Assembly (NCBI RefSeq): GCF_032191835.1 | Contig: NC_083239.1 | Coordinates: forward strand, 39,370,001 to 39,434,000 | DNA from: Heteronotia binoei | Lineage: Eukaryota | Direction: 5' to 3' | DNA length: 64,000 bases | Part shown: one piece after another, positions 59,762 to 64,000 of the stretch | Position numbering within the stretch: the first letter of the stretch is position 1 | How the letters are laid out: each line of letters begins with the position of its first letter | Notes under the pieces: generated by a model | What the model saw: only the letters and a program-made list of their open reading frames with translations | Told to the model about the DNA's origin: nothing | The model's database searches: none | Translations under genes and position numbers: made by a program

Positions 59762-60733
59762 ATGAACATCTCAGACGCTTACCAACACAACAACACCTCC
59801 AGGGTGGACGAGGCCATGCGCCATATCGCCATAGTGACCAACGTCATCATCCTTGTCTTGGGTGTGTTCGGCAACGGGCTGGTGGTGTGGGTTACCGCCA
59901 TGAGGAAGAAGCGTTACAATTTTACTTCGACCTGCTATCTCAACCTGGCTGTGGCAGACTGTCTCTTCTCCCTAGGCCGCATCCCCGCCCTGGTACAGGA
60001 GGTCATGTACGGTCACTGGCCCTTTGGTGATCCCTTGTGCAAACTCCATACCTTTGCACGCTACCTCACAGTCTTCGCCGGAGTCTTCATCCTCACTCTT
60101 ATCAGTGTAGACCGCTGCTTGCTGGTGGCACAACCCGTCTGGGCCCGGAACCACCGAGGGCCTCGCTTCCAGGCCCTATTGTGTACTGGGGCTTGGATTG
60201 CAGCTTCAGCCTTCAGTTTCCCCTATCTGGTGGTCCGGGAAGTTACCCTCAAAGATGGAGCAATGTCCTGTGTATATCGGAGAGATCTCAAGATCTCCAC
60301 AGAGCTGCCCCTGAGGCTAAGCAGGTTCTTTGGGGGCTTCCTGGTACCTTTTGTCATTATTCTCTCAGCCTACCTGGTTCTGATCTTCAAGCTTCGCAAC
60401 CGACGCTGGGAAGGGTCGCACCGAACCTTCGGTCTGGTGGCTGCCATTGTAGCGGTGTTTTTCATCTGTTGGCTTCCTCATCATGTCGTAGCGCTTGTCA
60501 GCACCGTGGGGGGTTCCAAGGAATCCTGGGGCATCGCCCTCAAGCTTTCAAATGCTCTGGCCTACCTCCACAGCTGTATCAACCCTGTGATCTATGTCTT
60601 GGTGGGTTATGTCCGGAGCCAAAGACTCCACCGCCGAGCCTCTTTCCTTGGGCTGTTCCGGAAGGCTCTAACAGAAGAGGATGAAAATTCCACGGGGGCT
60701 GAGGTGTCACGGAGCCTTAATCAGAAGGCCTAA
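59762..60733 (+). CDS. Divergent chemoattractant-family GPCR (323 aa from ATG 59762)
   Basis: GNG, NLAVAD, DRC, PVWARNHR, SRFFGGF, CWLPHH and NPVIY motifs. Acceptor TTCTTACAG at 59755-59756, so the ORF-track start at 59744 lies in the intron. Confidence 0.93.
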   Translation: MNISDAYQHNNTSRVDEAMRHIAIVTNVIILVLGVFGNGLVVWVTAMRKKRYNFTSTCYLNLAVADCLFSLGRIPALVQEVMYGHWPFGDPLCKLHTFARYLTVFAGVFILTLISVDRCLLVAQPVWARNHRGPRFQALLCTGAWIAASAFSFPYLVVREVTLKDGAMSCVYRRDLKISTELPLRLSRFFGGFLVPFVIILSAYLVLIFKLRNRRWEGSHRTFGLVAAIVAVFFICWLPHHVVALVSTVGGSKESWGIALKLSNALAYLHSCINPVIYVLVGYVRSQRLHRRASFLGLFRKALTEEDENSTGAEVSRSLNQKA

Positions 60734-62249
60734 GGTGCAGTTAGACACTCACATTCTAGTCTCACTGGAGAAGCACACTCACATTCTTGCCTAGTAAGCA
60801 AGGATCATAGTTTTTGTGCACATTTGTAGAATATGTGGAAGCTTACAAAGGAACTGGTGGCCTTCATTCTGATCACTGACTTCTGAGCTTCTTGATACCA
60901 AAGACATTTTTTGGTCATGCTGCTTAAGGTTTGCTGTAAATTAAGGTTGATATCCTTGGATAAGTTCCTGGAAATCTCTGATTCAGATCTCCAGTCATTT
61001 TCTAGTAGCTCTCAGAAGCAGTTGTATATGTGTGTGCACGCAGGGACTGAATCAGGACTTTGGTGCAAGAAGAAGTGAGTAAGCCTTTGCCTGAAACAAT
61101 TTCCTGAACCGAATCAGCTTCCTAAAGCTGCTGTGTCCCCGTAGAGTACCAATATGAAGAAACCAAACCATGGCAAGGAGATTAGACATTGAAAGAGAAG
61201 AGTGGTTATGTGTCAGTGTTCACATTTCTGTGACAAAACTTGACGAGTGTCTTATCTCTCTATTCATTTGGTCATAGTCTATCTATCTAAGGCTTGCCAC
61301 TTCCCTGGTAGGAGCAGGCAGTCTCCTGCCCCACTCTCAGTCCTCAATCATTTGAGCAGCAGGAGAAGAAAAACAGGAGGAATGGCATCAAAGGTGATGT
61401 TCTAGTAATTTTCTCTAATCTCTATGTTCTTTAACACAGAAATTGCAGCGATTGCTAGAGTATCACCCAGAAATGTCAACAGATTCATCAGCCTTCCACC
61501 TGGATGCGAAATCTGTCTTCCATGCTGCTCTAGGCATTCCCCCAAACTCTATGGTAAAGACCATAAAAACTGGGGGAAATCCTACAGGATCACCTGCAAG
61601 TCATGTCATATTCCTCTGAAATTCCACCCTCCACAGGCACTGCCTCCAAAATTTTCCAGTTAGTGTACAGTTGGAAAACCTTATCTATCTGCTGGTTGTA
61701 CTCTATCTGTCCATCCAGATAATGTGAATATTTTCTCCATGAGAAATACTTAGTGCAAAGGACCTGCTTGGGATGTTTGTGCTGTGTCACAAATTGTGCT
61801 GAGACATGAACAAGCTTGTCTCATGCATGGGCCTACAAAGCACCTGAGGCCCACTGTCCAGCTTCATACTATTATTTCTACAGCCCCAGTTTCTCCCACC
61901 AACCCCAGTTAAGGGAAGAAATTACAAGTCTTGGTCTGGTTAGCGGAGTGGGGGGTGGGGAGGAGAAACTAGTGGTACCTCCAGCCCACTGGCCTCCGCT
62001 TCCTAACAGAATGGCCAATAGGCAAAAAAGAAGAAACCTCCCAAAACCTCCTATCACCTATAACCACACAAGTAAAACTTAAAATAAAAGTTGGGTTTAA
62101 TTCAACAAACAGGGACAGGGAATCAAAGCACAACACACATATAAAACTCAGACTTTGACAACACAACTTAAAGTTGGAAACAAATAAGTAATTTGTCTTT
62201 CATTGTCTTCTGCAAGTCTCTCACACTCTGCGGTGATTCTGCTGCTCTT

Positions 62250-63160
62250 CAGGCTTTTTCTATTGAGGGGTCACTCTGTTCTCTGCCCATGAATGCAGAT
62301 GGATTTTGTCTTGCCTTTTCTCCTCAGAACTGCCTTTTCCCTCAGGTCTCTTCTTTGGCTCCCTCTTGTGGCTCCTCAGGTCACTCCGTTCTGTGCTCAG
62401 ACCCAGACATCTTCTGTCTCCCCTTTTCTACTCAGTACTCTCTTTTCCTCTCAGAACTATCTTTTCCCTCAGGCCTATTCTTTGTCTTCCTCTTGAGGCT
62501 CCTCAGGTCACTCTGTTCTTTGGCTTCCTCTTGGAGCTCCTGGGACCAAGATGACTTCTGTCTCCCCTTTTCTCTCTTCCTTCAGGCCTCTCCTTTGGCT
62601 CCCTCTTGTGGCTCCTCAGGTCACTCTGTTCTCTGTGTTCAAACTCAGATGGCTTCTGTCTCTCCTTTTGTACTCAGTACTCTCTCTTTTCCTCTCAGAG
62701 CTCTCTTTCCTCTCAGGCTTCTTTGGCTTCCTCTTGTGGCTCCTCAGGTCGCTCTCTTCCAGGGGTGGCCAAACTTGCTTAACATAAAAGCCACATTAAA
62801 TAAATGTTAGATTTTTGAGAGCTGCGGAAGAAAGAAAGGAAGGACGGGCAAGGGAGGGAGAGCTGGAAAGAAAGTAATTTTAACTTTAAATGCATTCTCC
62901 AAGTCACCAGCTGACTTGGCTTAGAGAAGTGATTTAAAGACACAGACATCTTACCCAAGCTGGCTAATGGGGCGGTGGGGGCTTCAAGAGCTTCACAATA
63001 TGTGTGTGAGAACCACATGTGGCTCCCAAGCCGCAGTTTGGCCACACCTGTTCTGTTCTCTGTCCTGAGACCCAGACAGCTTCTGTCTCCCCTTTTCTCC
63101 TCAGAACTCTTTTCCCCCTCAGAAATCTCTTTTCCTTCAGGCCTCTCCTGTGGCTCTGTC
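62250..63160. repeat. Degenerate ~115-130-bp pyrimidine-rich minisatellite split by a MITE (62760-63050)
   Basis: CCTCTTGTGGCTCCTCAGGTCACTC and TTCTGTCTCCCCTTTT recur about 5 times. Confidence 0.88.
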
Positions 63161-63589
63161 TCAAAGACACAAATACCTCCCCCCATTAGCCTTATTATTT
63201 CTAACCCCATCCCTCCACCATAGGAGGATGTGTATGTAAAAACTGTAAAGAGGCAGCCATGTTTGTCTGTCATAACAACCTTTATTTTAATATAAGCTTT
63301 CTGGAGTTACAGCTGGCTTGATGTAAATTACACCATAAATCCTTCAAATAAGTGTAAATCTCGATGTAAGGGGGAAGTTGTAGAAAGGAGTTGATGTAGA
63401 AAGATTAGGTGTAAACTCCATCATAAACCCACAGATTTAGCAGTTACACATTCTGGATGGTGAGAGAGGTCAGAAGTTGAAACACATAAACAAATAACTT
63501 AAGTGAAAAGTAACTGATATTTGTTCAACATTATAGTCTGAAAAAACATATCAAGGATAACCAATTAAAATATCCCTAAACAGAGTACT

Positions 63590-64000
63590 ATAGAACTATC
63601 AGAGATTGTAGTGATTGAGGAAATCCATGTCTCTGTTTAAGCCAGGATGACACACTGCTGCTTAATTTGTGTGTGTGTGTTCCAATTCAATACTTTCATA
63701 TTGCATATTCCCTTTGGTTAGTTAGCTAGTTAATTGATTAGTTAGTTAGTTAGCTTGTTGTGGAACAATGACTCTCAGGCCTGTAATAACGTGTCCAGGG
63801 AGATTAAAATGTTCTCCTGATGGTTTCTGCATGTTGTGATTTCTTATGTCTGATTTGTGCTGATCGATTCTCCCACACAGAGATTGACACGTTTGTCTAA
63901 TGTAGACAGTAGAAGGTCATGGTTGGTGCAGGATGGCAGATCTGAAATTGGATGATGCAGATGTGGAAATTCACAGGTTGGTGTTGTGACCGCTCACTGC
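63590..64000 (-). mobile_element. Penelope-like element, GIY-YIG endonuclease fragment (runs off the window)
   Basis: My translation of the minus strand gives VYIRQTCQSLCGRIDQHKSDIRNHNMQKPSGEHFNLPGH and HPGLNRDMDFLNHY. Confidence 0.85.

Noticed and set aside
62193-62810. 205-aa plus-strand ORF
   Set aside because: Ser/Leu/Phe/Pro-rich read-through of a pyrimidine-rich satellite, ending in a MITE.

Overview
Vertebrate, repeat-dense genomic DNA. It is almost certainly squamate (Sauria SINEs, BovB, CR1, Penelope) and probably a gecko, judged from the long Squam3-like SINE; this is inference. Host genes are four intact single-coding-exon class A GPCRs of the chemoattractant-receptor family. Two are tandem CMKLR1-like paralogs (11264-12346 +, 34419-35525 +), one is GPR33-like (44192-45247 -), and one is a divergent unassigned receptor (59762-60733 +). 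Most of the rest is transposon-derived: a very young Ty3/Gypsy element with apparently identical LTRs but two frameshifts (2391-7325), a probable solo LTR, L1, CR1, L2, RTE-BovB, RTE-X and Penelope fragments, tRNA- and 5S-derived SINEs, and many hAT-type MITEs, often nested with readable TSDs. The strongest leads are the receptor cluster (unusual pocket residues, an orphan duplicated promoter), an intact minimal hammerhead ribozyme in an inverted Penelope insertion, a hAT family that forms concertina palindromes or carries 1.7 kb of cargo, and a BovB copy with a twin-priming-like 5' inversion. All alignments were done by eye. Repeat coordinates without a stated TSD are approximate, and no database search was run, so novelty is unverified.
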